Assembly (NCBI GenBank): GCA_964491345.1
Contig: CAZBFV010000001.1
Location: 39,103 to 103,102, forward strand
Source of the DNA: an uncultured Muribaculaceae bacterium
GTDB taxonomy: Bacteria > Cyanobacteriota > Vampirovibrionia > Gastranaerophilales > Gastranaerophilaceae
DNA length: 64,000 bases
Direction: 5' to 3'
Shown: piece by piece, positions 10,527 through 19,700 of the stretch
Numbering within the stretch: position 1 is the stretch's first letter
Layout of the letters: every line of letters starts with the position of its first letter
Position numbers and translations under genes: made by a program
Notes under the pieces: model-generated
Database searches by the model: none
The model's input: the letters and a program-made list of their open reading frames with translations, nothing else
Told to the model about the DNA's origin: nothing

Positions 10527-13199
10527 ATGCAAATAAATTTTAGAAGCATAACACCGAAGAACAATATTATACAGCCTGCATTTAAGCACCGGATACCGTC
10601 TTTTGGAAATTCCGATAATTATCAGAGAACACCGGATTACCTGGATAATTATTATTATGAAGAATTAGCGAATGTAATAAGAAATTCAAGACATGAAAAA
10701 AATATTGAGCGTTATATTAAAATGCTTTCCGATAAGAAATGTAAATCATCATTAAATTATTTTAAAAACAGGAAGATTGAAGATTTAAGCCATATAGTGA
10801 TAATAAAAGATTCCGGCGAGCGGGAGTATATAAATAATATTTTTAGAAGTGCGGGAATTAAAAGTATATTACAATTCAATAGTTTTATAAACGCATTAGG
10901 CAAAAATTCTGCGATATTTAAAGGACAATACATTGAAGCAGTCAAAATATACGGGTATTTAAAAAATAAATCGGATTTCAATTCTTATCCGGAGTTCTTA
11001 TTGCAGTTATTTAATCAGGAAGAAAATGAGAATAATCCGGATTATGATAAATTAAACGCTTATACGGGCATTTTAAAAAAATCGGGAGTATCGAACGAAT
11101 CGGAATTTGATGAAAAATTATCATATTTAAAACCGGAATTTAATAATTTTGAATCAGAAGATGATAAGATTAATGCGGTAAAATATTTGAGTGAAACATA
11201 TAATTCAAAAATAGAATTATTAGGCAGTATATTAAAATCTAATCCGAATACATCAAAACGGGAACCGGAACAGGCGTATTATGAATTAAGCAGTGCAGTT
11301 AATTATTTGTATTTAAAAAATGACGGAAAAAATCTTGGTAAATTATCTGATTACATAGATGTTATATTTGATTTGCGAAAAATTAAGTATTCTGCAAAAA
11401 ATCAGTTAAAGCAGTATTTCGGCAATATTGATTATCCCGAAAATAAAATTGCGCTTGCCGAAGTATTAAAAAAATACAATGTATCAGCTGATGACATTAG
11501 TTTATATACGAATAAAACTTTTGTTTCGGACAGTGATTTACTTAATGTAATAAAAAACAAAGAAGATATATGCAGTCAGATTCATACTCAAAATCCGGAA
11601 AAATTATTTAATAATTTCTATGATATTTTAACGGCGGTTTATACGAAAGGCGGAAATAAAAAAGATACTGAAGCGCTTGACAATCTGCTTTCTGTTATAA
11701 ACGATTACGAAATAAAAACGCAGAATTCATTTCTGACATTTTATAATAATGTCTGCAATACAAAAGAAAAGAGCCTTACAACAGAACAAATAAGCGAATT
11801 TGCCGATTTATTCAGATACTCTGATATTAAAGGCATAACTGATTATAATGTTTTAAAACAGAATAAAGAAAATTATTATAAGGCACTGCCGTATATAGAA
11901 AATTTTCTAAAAAATGATGCAAATGATTATTTAATAGGCAAATCTCCGCTTGAGATTTATAGGGAATTCGGATACTGCACCGATTTCAGTTCTTATGAAT
12001 CAATTAAAGCCTTAAATGATATAGCTGTTTTTCATCAGGCTAATACTGAAGAAACTCAAAAAAGGCAGGAAGATTTCGGTAAATTTAAACAATACTTTGA
12101 ATCTAAGCAGGAAACTGTGGATTTTTTATTAAAAAATGAAATAAGTTTTGATGATACCGAAGAATCGGGAAAATATAAAAACGGCTGTTTGGAAATTTTA
12201 GATATTTTATCCGGTAATCCGGATAAATTACGGGAAAGAATAGATAAATTAACCGAAACTGGAATACTGCCCGAATCAAAATACAATCTGGATTCATTTC
12301 TGAACAAATATAAAAATACGGGGCAGTTAAATCAATTAATCGAAATAATTGCGGATAAAGAAATTCCATCCGTAAAGATATTGGAAGATTTTTTTAGCCG
12401 GTTTGAAAATTCATCGGGAGAACATGATAATCTGATTAAACATTTATCGGGAATACCTGATGATATGGATTTTATATCATATACGGAAATTTTAGAATCA
12501 TTAAATAACTGCATTAAACAATATCAAATACCAAGAAGCATAGATAATGATAATATTTTAAATATCGATATAAACAAATACAAAAATAAAAAAATAAACG
12601 GCGTAAAAGAAGTAAATGATTTATTGAGTTCAATTTTGAATATAAAAGGAAGCAATAATTTTATAAACGGTTTAAAATCAACATATACGCATAAAAAACA
12701 AATATATAACCCGTATAAAATAGCTGAAGAAATAGTAAAGAATCTCGGAAAAACGGATGAGTCATACCAAAATATAGCAAGAGAATTAAAATTGGATAAA
12801 GAAAGCCTGAAGCTTCCGCCGGATTATGATGATATTTTATATTTATATGCGGTAAAAAATAAACTTCCGGCAGAATTTACGGACTTTGTTAATTCTAATG
12901 ACTGGCTGAATTTTCTTGATGACGAAAATAAAATTCCTAATTTAACGCTCCATGCAAGATTGAGATTAATAGACCGGACCGTCTTAAACGAACAGGACAG
13001 CATTGAAAAATTATATCAGGATACGGCAAAAGAAAGATTAAAAACAATAATAAAATCAATCTATACTCAGACTCCGTCAAGCCTGAGGGGCAGAGATGAA
13101 ACGCACCGCATAACAATACTAACTCCGTTTGAAAACAAAAGAATAGAATCGGTATTCAGCAATAGAGGCGAGCTTATAACAGCAATACTGCTTAATTAG
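10527..13199 (+). CDS. large orphan protein (890 aa), N/K/E/D-rich
   Basis: Uninterrupted 2.67 kb ORF with no recognisable catalytic motif. The N-terminal leader is MQINFRSITPKNNIIQPAFKHRIPSFGNS. The C-terminal ~85 aa (LHARLRLIDRTVL...GELITAILLN) look RelE/DUF4258-like by pattern only. Confidence 0.7.
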   Translation: MQINFRSITPKNNIIQPAFKHRIPSFGNSDNYQRTPDYLDNYYYEELANVIRNSRHEKNIERYIKMLSDKKCKSSLNYFKNRKIEDLSHIVIIKDSGEREYINNIFRSAGIKSILQFNSFINALGKNSAIFKGQYIEAVKIYGYLKNKSDFNSYPEFLLQLFNQEENENNPDYDKLNAYTGILKKSGVSNESEFDEKLSYLKPEFNNFESEDDKINAVKYLSETYNSKIELLGSILKSNPNTSKREPEQAYYELSSAVNYLYLKNDGKNLGKLSDYIDVIFDLRKIKYSAKNQLKQYFGNIDYPENKIALAEVLKKYNVSADDISLYTNKTFVSDSDLLNVIKNKEDICSQIHTQNPEKLFNNFYDILTAVYTKGGNKKDTEALDNLLSVINDYEIKTQNSFLTFYNNVCNTKEKSLTTEQISEFADLFRYSDIKGITDYNVLKQNKENYYKALPYIENFLKNDANDYLIGKSPLEIYREFGYCTDFSSYESIKALNDIAVFHQANTEETQKRQEDFGKFKQYFESKQETVDFLLKNEISFDDTEESGKYKNGCLEILDILSGNPDKLRERIDKLTETGILPESKYNLDSFLNKYKNTGQLNQLIEIIADKEIPSVKILEDFFSRFENSSGEHDNLIKHLSGIPDDMDFISYTEILESLNNCIKQYQIPRSIDNDNILNIDINKYKNKKINGVKEVNDLLSSILNIKGSNNFINGLKSTYTHKKQIYNPYKIAEEIVKNLGKTDESYQNIARELKLDKESLKLPPDYDDILYLYAVKNKLPAEFTDFVNSNDWLNFLDDENKIPNLTLHARLRLIDRTVLNEQDSIEKLYQDTAKERLKTIIKSIYTQTPSSLRGRDETHRITILTPFENKRIESVFSNRGELITAILLN

Positions 13200-13207
13200 C
13201 AGACAGA

Positions 13208-14032
13208 TTATTTTTTTAAAATCAGAAAAGATTTTAATTTTCTTGCTTCATTATTCTTTTCGGAAACTATATGAAGTTTTTTGGAGTCAAATGAAGTTGA
13301 GCCTCCGCCGTCAAAAGCCATAGCTTTTTCCATGCCCCATCTGCGGGTTAAATCGGCAAGTTCGCTTAAAGTCATGGGCGATTTTGTTGTGGCGATAAAT
13401 AAATAGATATTATTATCTTTAATTCCGACTGCAGTTCTTGCATAATGATGAAGCGATGAAGCCGACTCGCTTATAATCTTGCCGTCACGGACAAGTATAA
13501 AAAATTCTTTTTCTAAATTTAATTCCGGAACAAGCATCGGACCTGCCTGCATAGAATGTTTTAAAGTTAAGCCTTCCGGAATTTCATCATTATGCAGTGC
13601 AATATCATAAACCAAATGTTTTGATTTATCTTCTAATATCCTGAACTCCGACCGATTTAAAATATTATCAATATAGGGTTTAAGCACATCATTATTCATT
13701 AAGTTTTCATTGTCCGCCGGAGAAGCAACGGTTTTTCCGTCTATAACAATATAAGAAACCGATTTTTGATTTTTTGGGTCAAAAAATCCCGCATTAACAG
13801 CCAATTTAGCCTTAGATAAATAAAAAATTTCGGAATTTGTCTGCAGAGTTTCCGATACATAAGGAACAAATTTATTTTTTATTTTTGAGGAAAACAGTTC
13901 TATTATATAAACTCCTTCAGGGTCCTGAACTATCCGGTAGCTTGAAAAAAAATTTTTGAAAGCATAAGCCCTTTGAGGCATGATAAATAATGCGATAAAA
14001 ATAATTAATGTAAAAATATGTTTAAGTTTCAT
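13208..14032 (-). CDS. phosphodiester glycosidase family protein (DUF2233), secreted
   Basis: N-terminal signal peptide (LIIFIALFIMPQRAYA), plus VNAGFFDP and AMAFDGGGSTS blocks. Confidence 0.75.
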   Translation of the reverse strand: MKLKHIFTLIIFIALFIMPQRAYAFKNFFSSYRIVQDPEGVYIIELFSSKIKNKFVPYVSETLQTNSEIFYLSKAKLAVNAGFFDPKNQKSVSYIVIDGKTVASPADNENLMNNDVLKPYIDNILNRSEFRILEDKSKHLVYDIALHNDEIPEGLTLKHSMQAGPMLVPELNLEKEFFILVRDGKIISESASSLHHYARTAVGIKDNNIYLFIATTKSPMTLSELADLTRRWGMEKAMAFDGGGSTSFDSKKLHIVSEKNNEARKLKSFLILKK

Positions 14033-14045
14033 ATAAAAACTCCTA

Positions 14046-15152
14046 TTATAAATCTTTTACCTTCATTAATATGCCTATTAAAATACAGGCGCAGACAGGG
14101 GCAATCATGGATGTAACAAAAGGAGGCAGAAATGCTTTTTCTGCAAGCAGGTCGAAAAACGGAACAGTAATGTAATAAGCAAATATAACACCGACGGCAG
14201 TCAGCATTCCGATAAATTTCTGCTCTCTGGGTTTTGAAAAACCGAGCATACAGCCTAAAACTGCAAATAATATGCACATAAAAGAATGAGTGTAGCGCTG
14301 TATATATTTATTTAATATATAATTGTATTCGTCATCCATTCTTTCATGCTTCAACAGCTTTATATACTCCGAAATTTGGGAATTAGTCATTTCTCTGTCC
14401 CGATAGACCGAATATTTCATGAGTTTATAAGCATTTTCCGCAGAAGTATTTTCAAGAATTTTTATATTATTAACATCTTCTACTTTGCTGAAAACGCCTT
14501 CTTCCGAAATCACGTATTTTTTGGCAGAATTTATTATCCAGCTGGCATTATCATATTTTACATAATCAGAAATCAAAATACTCGATAACAAACTTGAGCC
14601 TTTCTCGCTTTTGTTATAAAAGTTAAGAACAATGACATCTTTTATGCTTTTATTGTTAAAATTGGAAACAATAAGAATTTTATTCATGGAATCATCTTTA
14701 TTTTTAATAGGAAAAACAAACTGCGAAGCCTTAACTCTCTCCCCTTTGATGGCTTTTATTCTGCATGACGAATACGGCAGAAGTTTAGATTCGACAAAAA
14801 ATGTAAAAAATGAAGCCGAAATACTTAATATAATAACAGACGCAATTATACGGAAAAATGAAAATCCGACCCCCCGCATAACGGTTATTTCAGTGTCTTT
14901 GCTCAATTTATCAAAAGTAAGAATACAGCCTAAGAGCATGCCGACAGGCATGGCGATGTTTAAAACTTTAGGAAGCTCGTTTAATAATATAGAAACAGCC
15001 ATTTCAACGGTATATGTGCCGTTTAAAGTTTTCTGCACCGTCCTTAAAAGTATTTCGGGCATAATCCATATAATCATAAACACCAAAACACAGCCGACAC
15101 AGGCAAAAAATACTTGAGAAAGAATATATTTGTCAATAAGTTTAATCTGCAT
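14046..15152 (-). CDS. LptF/LptG-family LPS export permease
   Basis: 368 aa. N-terminus LIDKYILSQVFFACVG is typical of YjgP/YjgQ. Multiple TM segments. Its start overlaps the lptB stop by 1 nt. Confidence 0.8.
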   Translation of the reverse strand: MQIKLIDKYILSQVFFACVGCVLVFMIIWIMPEILLRTVQKTLNGTYTVEMAVSILLNELPKVLNIAMPVGMLLGCILTFDKLSKDTEITVMRGVGFSFFRIIASVIILSISASFFTFFVESKLLPYSSCRIKAIKGERVKASQFVFPIKNKDDSMNKILIVSNFNNKSIKDVIVLNFYNKSEKGSSLLSSILISDYVKYDNASWIINSAKKYVISEEGVFSKVEDVNNIKILENTSAENAYKLMKYSVYRDREMTNSQISEYIKLLKHERMDDEYNYILNKYIQRYTHSFMCILFAVLGCMLGFSKPREQKFIGMLTAVGVIFAYYITVPFFDLLAEKAFLPPFVTSMIAPVCACILIGILMKVKDL

Positions 15153-15874
15153 TAAAGAGAAAAGTCCTTTCCTAAATAGAATTTTTTTGCAATATCATCA
15201 TTGGCAATTTCATCTCTGGACCCTTGTATTTTAATTTTTCCGTCAAAAATAACATATGCTCTGTCGGTAATTGAAAGGGTTGCTTTCGGATTATGGTCGG
15301 TGATTAAAACTCCCAGCCCCCTGTCGGACAGAAGCCTGATGTTATCTTTAATCTCGCCTATTGCAATAGGGTCAATGCCTGCAAAAGGCTCATCAAGCAG
15401 AATGAACTCAGGACCTGCCGCTAATGCTCTTGCTATTTCTACACGTCTTCTTTCTCCGCCGGAAAGCGAAACAGCTGATTCATCCCTTAATTTCTTTATT
15501 TTAAATTCTTCAAGAAGTTCTTCAAGTTTATCTTTTTTTTGGCTGTTGTTTAATTTATCATTTAATTCAAGAACAAGCTTAATGTTATCTTCAACCGATA
15601 ATTTTCTGAAAATTGAAGCCTCCTGAGGCAGATAGCCGATGCCCTGCTTAGCCCTCATATTCATAGTCATTTTCGTTATATCAATATCATCTATGAAAAT
15701 TCTGCCGGAGTTTGGTCTTATAAGTCCGACAACCATATAAAAAGTAGTGGTTTTGCCTGCGCCGTTAGGTCCTAAAAGCCCTACAACCTCCCCTTTGTTT
15801 ACATTGAATGATATATCATTGACTACCGTTCTGTCATTAAATATTTTAACCAGATGCTCAGCTCTTATTTCCAT
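15152..15874 (-). CDS. lptB: LPS export ABC transporter ATP-binding protein LptB
   Basis: Walker A GPNGAGKTT, signature LSGGERRRVEIARAL, Walker B FILLDEPFAG, and the LptB-typical C-terminal tail. Confidence 0.92.
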   Translation of the reverse strand: MEIRAEHLVKIFNDRTVVNDISFNVNKGEVVGLLGPNGAGKTTTFYMVVGLIRPNSGRIFIDDIDITKMTMNMRAKQGIGYLPQEASIFRKLSVEDNIKLVLELNDKLNNSQKKDKLEELLEEFKIKKLRDESAVSLSGGERRRVEIARALAAGPEFILLDEPFAGIDPIAIGEIKDNIRLLSDRGLGVLITDHNPKATLSITDRAYVIFDGKIKIQGSRDEIANDDIAKKFYLGKDFSL

Positions 15875-15991
15875 AAATAAACCTCGAAAAACAGATATTA
15901 TATCCTATTATTACTTTAAATAAAAAAATACTGTATGTCAAAAAATGAAACACGGATATACAAACGGGCATTATTGTTGTATATTATATCT

Positions 15992-16588
15992 ATGATTAAA
16001 ATAGCAATTTCAGGAAATATTGCAAGCGGTAAATCACAGGTTGAAAAAATTCTTTTAAGAGATGGCTATAAAGTTATTGATACGGATAAAATAAACCATT
16101 ACATACTTGTCTGCGATTTAACCGCAATCAACGAAATAAAAGAAACGTTTAAAGATGATAATATCCTTGATGATAAAGGTTATATCTCAAGAGAGAAGCT
16201 GGGGGAGCGGGTATTTTCCGACAATAGGAAAAAACTCAGACTTGAGGGAATCCTTCATAAAAGAATATTTAAAAAAGTAAACGAATTTTTTGAACAATAT
16301 AAAAATGAAAAATTTGTGTTTGTTTCAATTCCGCTTTTATTTGAAACAAAACAGGAAAGAATGTTTGATAAAATTATTTTTGTTTCCGCAGATGAAGATG
16401 TCAGATTAAAAAGAATTATGGAAAGAAACAGCTTTACGGAAACGTTCGCAAAAAAAATTATCTGCTCCCAAGATAAAGAAGATGATAAAATTAAAAAATC
16501 AGATTACATAATATATAATAATTCCAATTTTTTAAACCTGAACAAACAGGTTTATGAAATATTAAACAAAATTAAAGCGGATATTTAA
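15992..16588 (+). CDS. coaE: dephospho-CoA kinase
   Basis: MIKIAISGNIASGKSQV P-loop at the internal ATG (residue 20 of ORF 15935..16588). LLFE block. Length is typical when started at 15992. Confidence 0.85.
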   Translation: MIKIAISGNIASGKSQVEKILLRDGYKVIDTDKINHYILVCDLTAINEIKETFKDDNILDDKGYISREKLGERVFSDNRKKLRLEGILHKRIFKKVNEFFEQYKNEKFVFVSIPLLFETKQERMFDKIIFVSADEDVRLKRIMERNSFTETFAKKIICSQDKEDDKIKKSDYIIYNNSNFLNLNKQVYEILNKIKADI

Positions 16589-17922
16589 ACGTCAACTGCA
16601 ATGCGGTGAAAATGCGCAAACTCTTTTTTTATGAATACAGCCTGTATAAAACCCATAAAAAACAGTGATAGAGCAAGTGCAAGCCAGTAACCTCTCAGGG
16701 AAAAATGAAATTTTTCGACTAAAATAAATGCTGTCGGCGCTCCGATAAGCCAGTATCCGCTGATTACCGACATTGAAACAATTTTTGTTTTCTTAAACCC
16801 TTTTAAGATACCGCTTAAGACGACCTGCAGACCGTCAAAAACCTGATACATTGATACAATGCTGACAAGAGGAACGGTTATTTTTATTACTTCCATATTA
16901 TCGGTAAACAATTTTATTAACGGAACGGGAAATATTGCCAATATTACGCCGGCAAAAGCCATAAATCCTGCTCCCGTTGCAATACCTGCGAATGAAAATG
17001 ATTTTAGCTCTTTAAATTTTTTTGCACCGCAGAAGTATGCTGTTTTTACGGATAATGCCGTAGAAACGGATAAAGGAACCATAAATGTAGCCGAAGATAT
17101 TGTTATTAAAATACTGTGAACGGCGGATAAAACGGAAGCCTCTCTGCCTGCAAGAAGGGTAACTATATTAAAGGCCAAAAATTCAAATGTTAATGCAAGC
17201 CCTATCGGACAGCCGACTTTTAACATGTTTTTATAATAGGATTTATCTATATTAACCTTAAAGTTAATAAACCTGAAAACATATATAAACATAACAAGGC
17301 CCATTAATGTTCTTACGGTTAAAGTAGCTAATGCAGCGCCTTTTACGCCCATCTGCGGAATACAGCCGAAACCGAAAACAAATATTATATCAAGTATTAA
17401 ATTAATAAATACGGAAAAAAGAAGCACATAATTAGGAAATTTAACAATTTCATAAGCCTGCAGAAATTCTTTCAGGCTTTGATATACAAACATTCCGATT
17501 GTGGAAAAAGAAACAATTTTTATATATTCCTTTATTAAAGGAACAAGCGAAGGCTCAAAACCGGCTTTATCAATGAATAAGACGGCAGAACAGCAGATAA
17601 ATGCAAATATTACGGATGTAAAAAGCGAAAATAAAATACTCGGATATAAATAATGCTTTATTTTTTCTTTTTTTCCCCGTTTATTGGACAAAATAATGGA
17701 TATTGAAGCCGTAATCCCGATACCGAAAATAAATATGGTAAATAAAACAGAATTAGCTATACTGACGGCGGCAAGAGCCTTAATACCGTATCTTGCAATA
17801 ACAAGTACATCCGTTGTTCCGATTAGCGTATGTCCTAAATTGCCTATTAATAACGGAACAGAAAGGACTATCAGCTCATAAAAGCACCGCTTCCATTTAT
17901 TGTAATAATTAAACAGTTTCAT
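16585..17922 (-). CDS. MATE family efflux transporter
   Basis: 445 aa, about 12 TM segments, MATE-type N-terminus (..LSVPLLIGNLGHTLIGTTDVLVIARYG). It overlaps the upstream radical SAM gene by 14 nt. Confidence 0.85.
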   Translation of the reverse strand: MKLFNYYNKWKRCFYELIVLSVPLLIGNLGHTLIGTTDVLVIARYGIKALAAVSIANSVLFTIFIFGIGITASISIILSNKRGKKEKIKHYLYPSILFSLFTSVIFAFICCSAVLFIDKAGFEPSLVPLIKEYIKIVSFSTIGMFVYQSLKEFLQAYEIVKFPNYVLLFSVFINLILDIIFVFGFGCIPQMGVKGAALATLTVRTLMGLVMFIYVFRFINFKVNIDKSYYKNMLKVGCPIGLALTFEFLAFNIVTLLAGREASVLSAVHSILITISSATFMVPLSVSTALSVKTAYFCGAKKFKELKSFSFAGIATGAGFMAFAGVILAIFPVPLIKLFTDNMEVIKITVPLVSIVSMYQVFDGLQVVLSGILKGFKKTKIVSMSVISGYWLIGAPTAFILVEKFHFSLRGYWLALALSLFFMGFIQAVFIKKEFAHFHRIAVDV

Positions 17923-18952
17923 TTTCTCTCATTTTTATATATTCCTGTTTATGAGATTTCATATGGCTGGCTCTGTCATACAGCTCGACATTTTGCATGC
18001 CTAAATCCTGCGATTTCCGCCAGGCGTACTCAAGAAGTTCATATATATAATCAGGCACATTGTATTTATTGTTTTCATACCATCCGCCTTCTATATCAAG
18101 GACAACGCTTCTTATTCCCGCCTTAACGGTTAAATCAAAATATCTGTCTATTTCTTCTTTGTTGTCGTTAAATTCCGGATATATTATATACTTGGTTTTT
18201 GCTTTAAATTTATTTTCCGTTTGTTTTGAAGCGTATATTTTGAGATTTTCCCATACTTTATCAAAATGCTTAACTCTTTTTATATTCTCATAAGTTCCGC
18301 ATGTTCCAGAATCAACGGAAACAACAAGCGTAAGTTTACCTTCTTCTAAGCCCCGTTCTATTGCTTTAGAATATTTTACCCCCGAAGAATGCACCCTTAT
18401 ATTATCGCATCCGCAGTCGAGAAGCAGATTAACTAACGGCTCAAATTCAGGGAGCATGGCAGGTTCTCCTCCTCCGAATCCTATTTCTCCGCCTCCTCTA
18501 ATCATTCCCATATCGGCAAGTTTTTTGATTACGGGATACATATTATAATTTTTTCTTTGATTGAAAAAATCGGACTGCTCATTTGTAAAACAATATCTGC
18601 ATTTGCAATTACATTGCGTCCAGTGGTTAAATACCATATAATTTATATAATCTTCATCATCCCATTCACGTTCTTTTAAAAATATACACCCTTTGCAGCG
18701 TTCAAGGATAATTCCCCGTTTATTAAGCTCCCTCATTTCCCTTTTTTGTTTAAAAAACTTTTTCCAATCAATCATTCCGCCTTTGTAGTTATCTATAAGA
18801 ATTTGTCTGCCGCCGCCTTCATGGCAGTTGAAACAGCACATTTTTATATCTTCATAATCAACGTTAAACCCGTGCTGCACATACTCACAGCTGACATATT
18901 TTAAATTACTATTCTCTTTTTTTTGAAACAATGATTTTATTTTATCAAACAT
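17909..18952 (-). CDS. radical SAM enzyme with Cys-rich N-terminal region
   Basis: CxxxCxxC cluster motif CNCKCRYC, GGGEPAML SAM-binding block, and additional N-terminal cysteines (MCCFNCHEGGG, CKGCIF). Paralogue of the partial ORF at 3..575. Confidence 0.8.
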   Translation of the reverse strand: MFDKIKSLFQKKENSNLKYVSCEYVQHGFNVDYEDIKMCCFNCHEGGGRQILIDNYKGGMIDWKKFFKQKREMRELNKRGIILERCKGCIFLKEREWDDEDYINYMVFNHWTQCNCKCRYCFTNEQSDFFNQRKNYNMYPVIKKLADMGMIRGGGEIGFGGGEPAMLPEFEPLVNLLLDCGCDNIRVHSSGVKYSKAIERGLEEGKLTLVVSVDSGTCGTYENIKRVKHFDKVWENLKIYASKQTENKFKAKTKYIIYPEFNDNKEEIDRYFDLTVKAGIRSVVLDIEGGWYENNKYNVPDYIYELLEYAWRKSQDLGMQNVELYDRASHMKSHKQEYIKMRENETV

Positions 18953-19085
18953 TATTTTTTTCCCTTAAGTTTATATTCCCGCAATTTACAGCCTGTAATA
19001 AAATTATAAACCTGCACTGCAGGCTCGGCAGTGTCTTATTCTATCCTGCATTACAATTTTACGGCCAGAAATTTTATTTTTCATT

Positions 19086-19700
19086 CTATTTTTCCCCTCC
19101 CTCCCCCAGCCAGTTTCTAAAAAATTTTAATCCGGACTGCGCACTTTTCTCCGGATGAAACTGAACAGCCGTTATGTTATTTTTCTTTATTGATGAACAG
19201 AATTTTATGCCGTAATCGCAAAATGTACTTATTATGCTTTTATCTTCAGGCTCGGCATAGTACGAATTAACAAAATAAAAATAATCATTATCCGTATTTT
19301 TATCAATACCGGCCGGTATAACCTTATTCCAGCCTATTTGAGGTATTCTGCCCGAAGCAAACTTTTTTACATGTCCTTTAAATATACCGAGTCCTTTTGC
19401 TTCCGGCGCTTCCTCGCTTGTTTCAAAAAGTATCTGAAGCCCTATGCAGATGCCTAAAAACGGAATACCGGCATTTAAACACTCTTTTATTGCTTCATCA
19501 AGCCCTTTATTTTTGAGATTATTTACAGCCTGCGCAAAATGCCCCTGCCCCGGAAAAATTATTCTTCCGGCTTTTAAAATAGTTTTTATGTCAGAAGATA
19601 TTTCAAACGGAACATTAAGAAATGCAAGCATATTAGCTGCACTTCTCAAATTTCCCGAATTATAATCAACAATTATTGTTTTATCCGAAATAGAAACCAT
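19086..19700 (-). CDS. hisH: imidazole glycerol phosphate synthase glutamine amidotransferase subunit HisH (or HisH-like)
   Basis: IIVDYNSGNLRSAANML, GICIGLQ (catalytic Cys) and QFHPEKS. No other his genes are in the window. Confidence 0.85.
   Translation of the reverse strand: MVSISDKTIIVDYNSGNLRSAANMLAFLNVPFEISSDIKTILKAGRIIFPGQGHFAQAVNNLKNKGLDEAIKECLNAGIPFLGICIGLQILFETSEEAPEAKGLGIFKGHVKKFASGRIPQIGWNKVIPAGIDKNTDNDYFYFVNSYYAEPEDKSIISTFCDYGIKFCSSIKKNNITAVQFHPEKSAQSGLKFFRNWLGEGGEK

Noticed and set aside
14632-15626. 161-aa and 141-aa ORFs antisense to the lptF/G-family gene and lptB
   Set aside because: These are shadow ORFs lying entirely within strongly supported genes on the opposite strand. 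The same applies to 26856..27431, 27146..27520, 28456..28812 and 28867..29181 (antisense to ilvN/ilvB). It also applies to 32837..33190 (rseP), 47533..47901 (ycf23-like), 48035..48457 and 48788..49240 (Toprim and WG genes), and 58855..59265 (rnhC).
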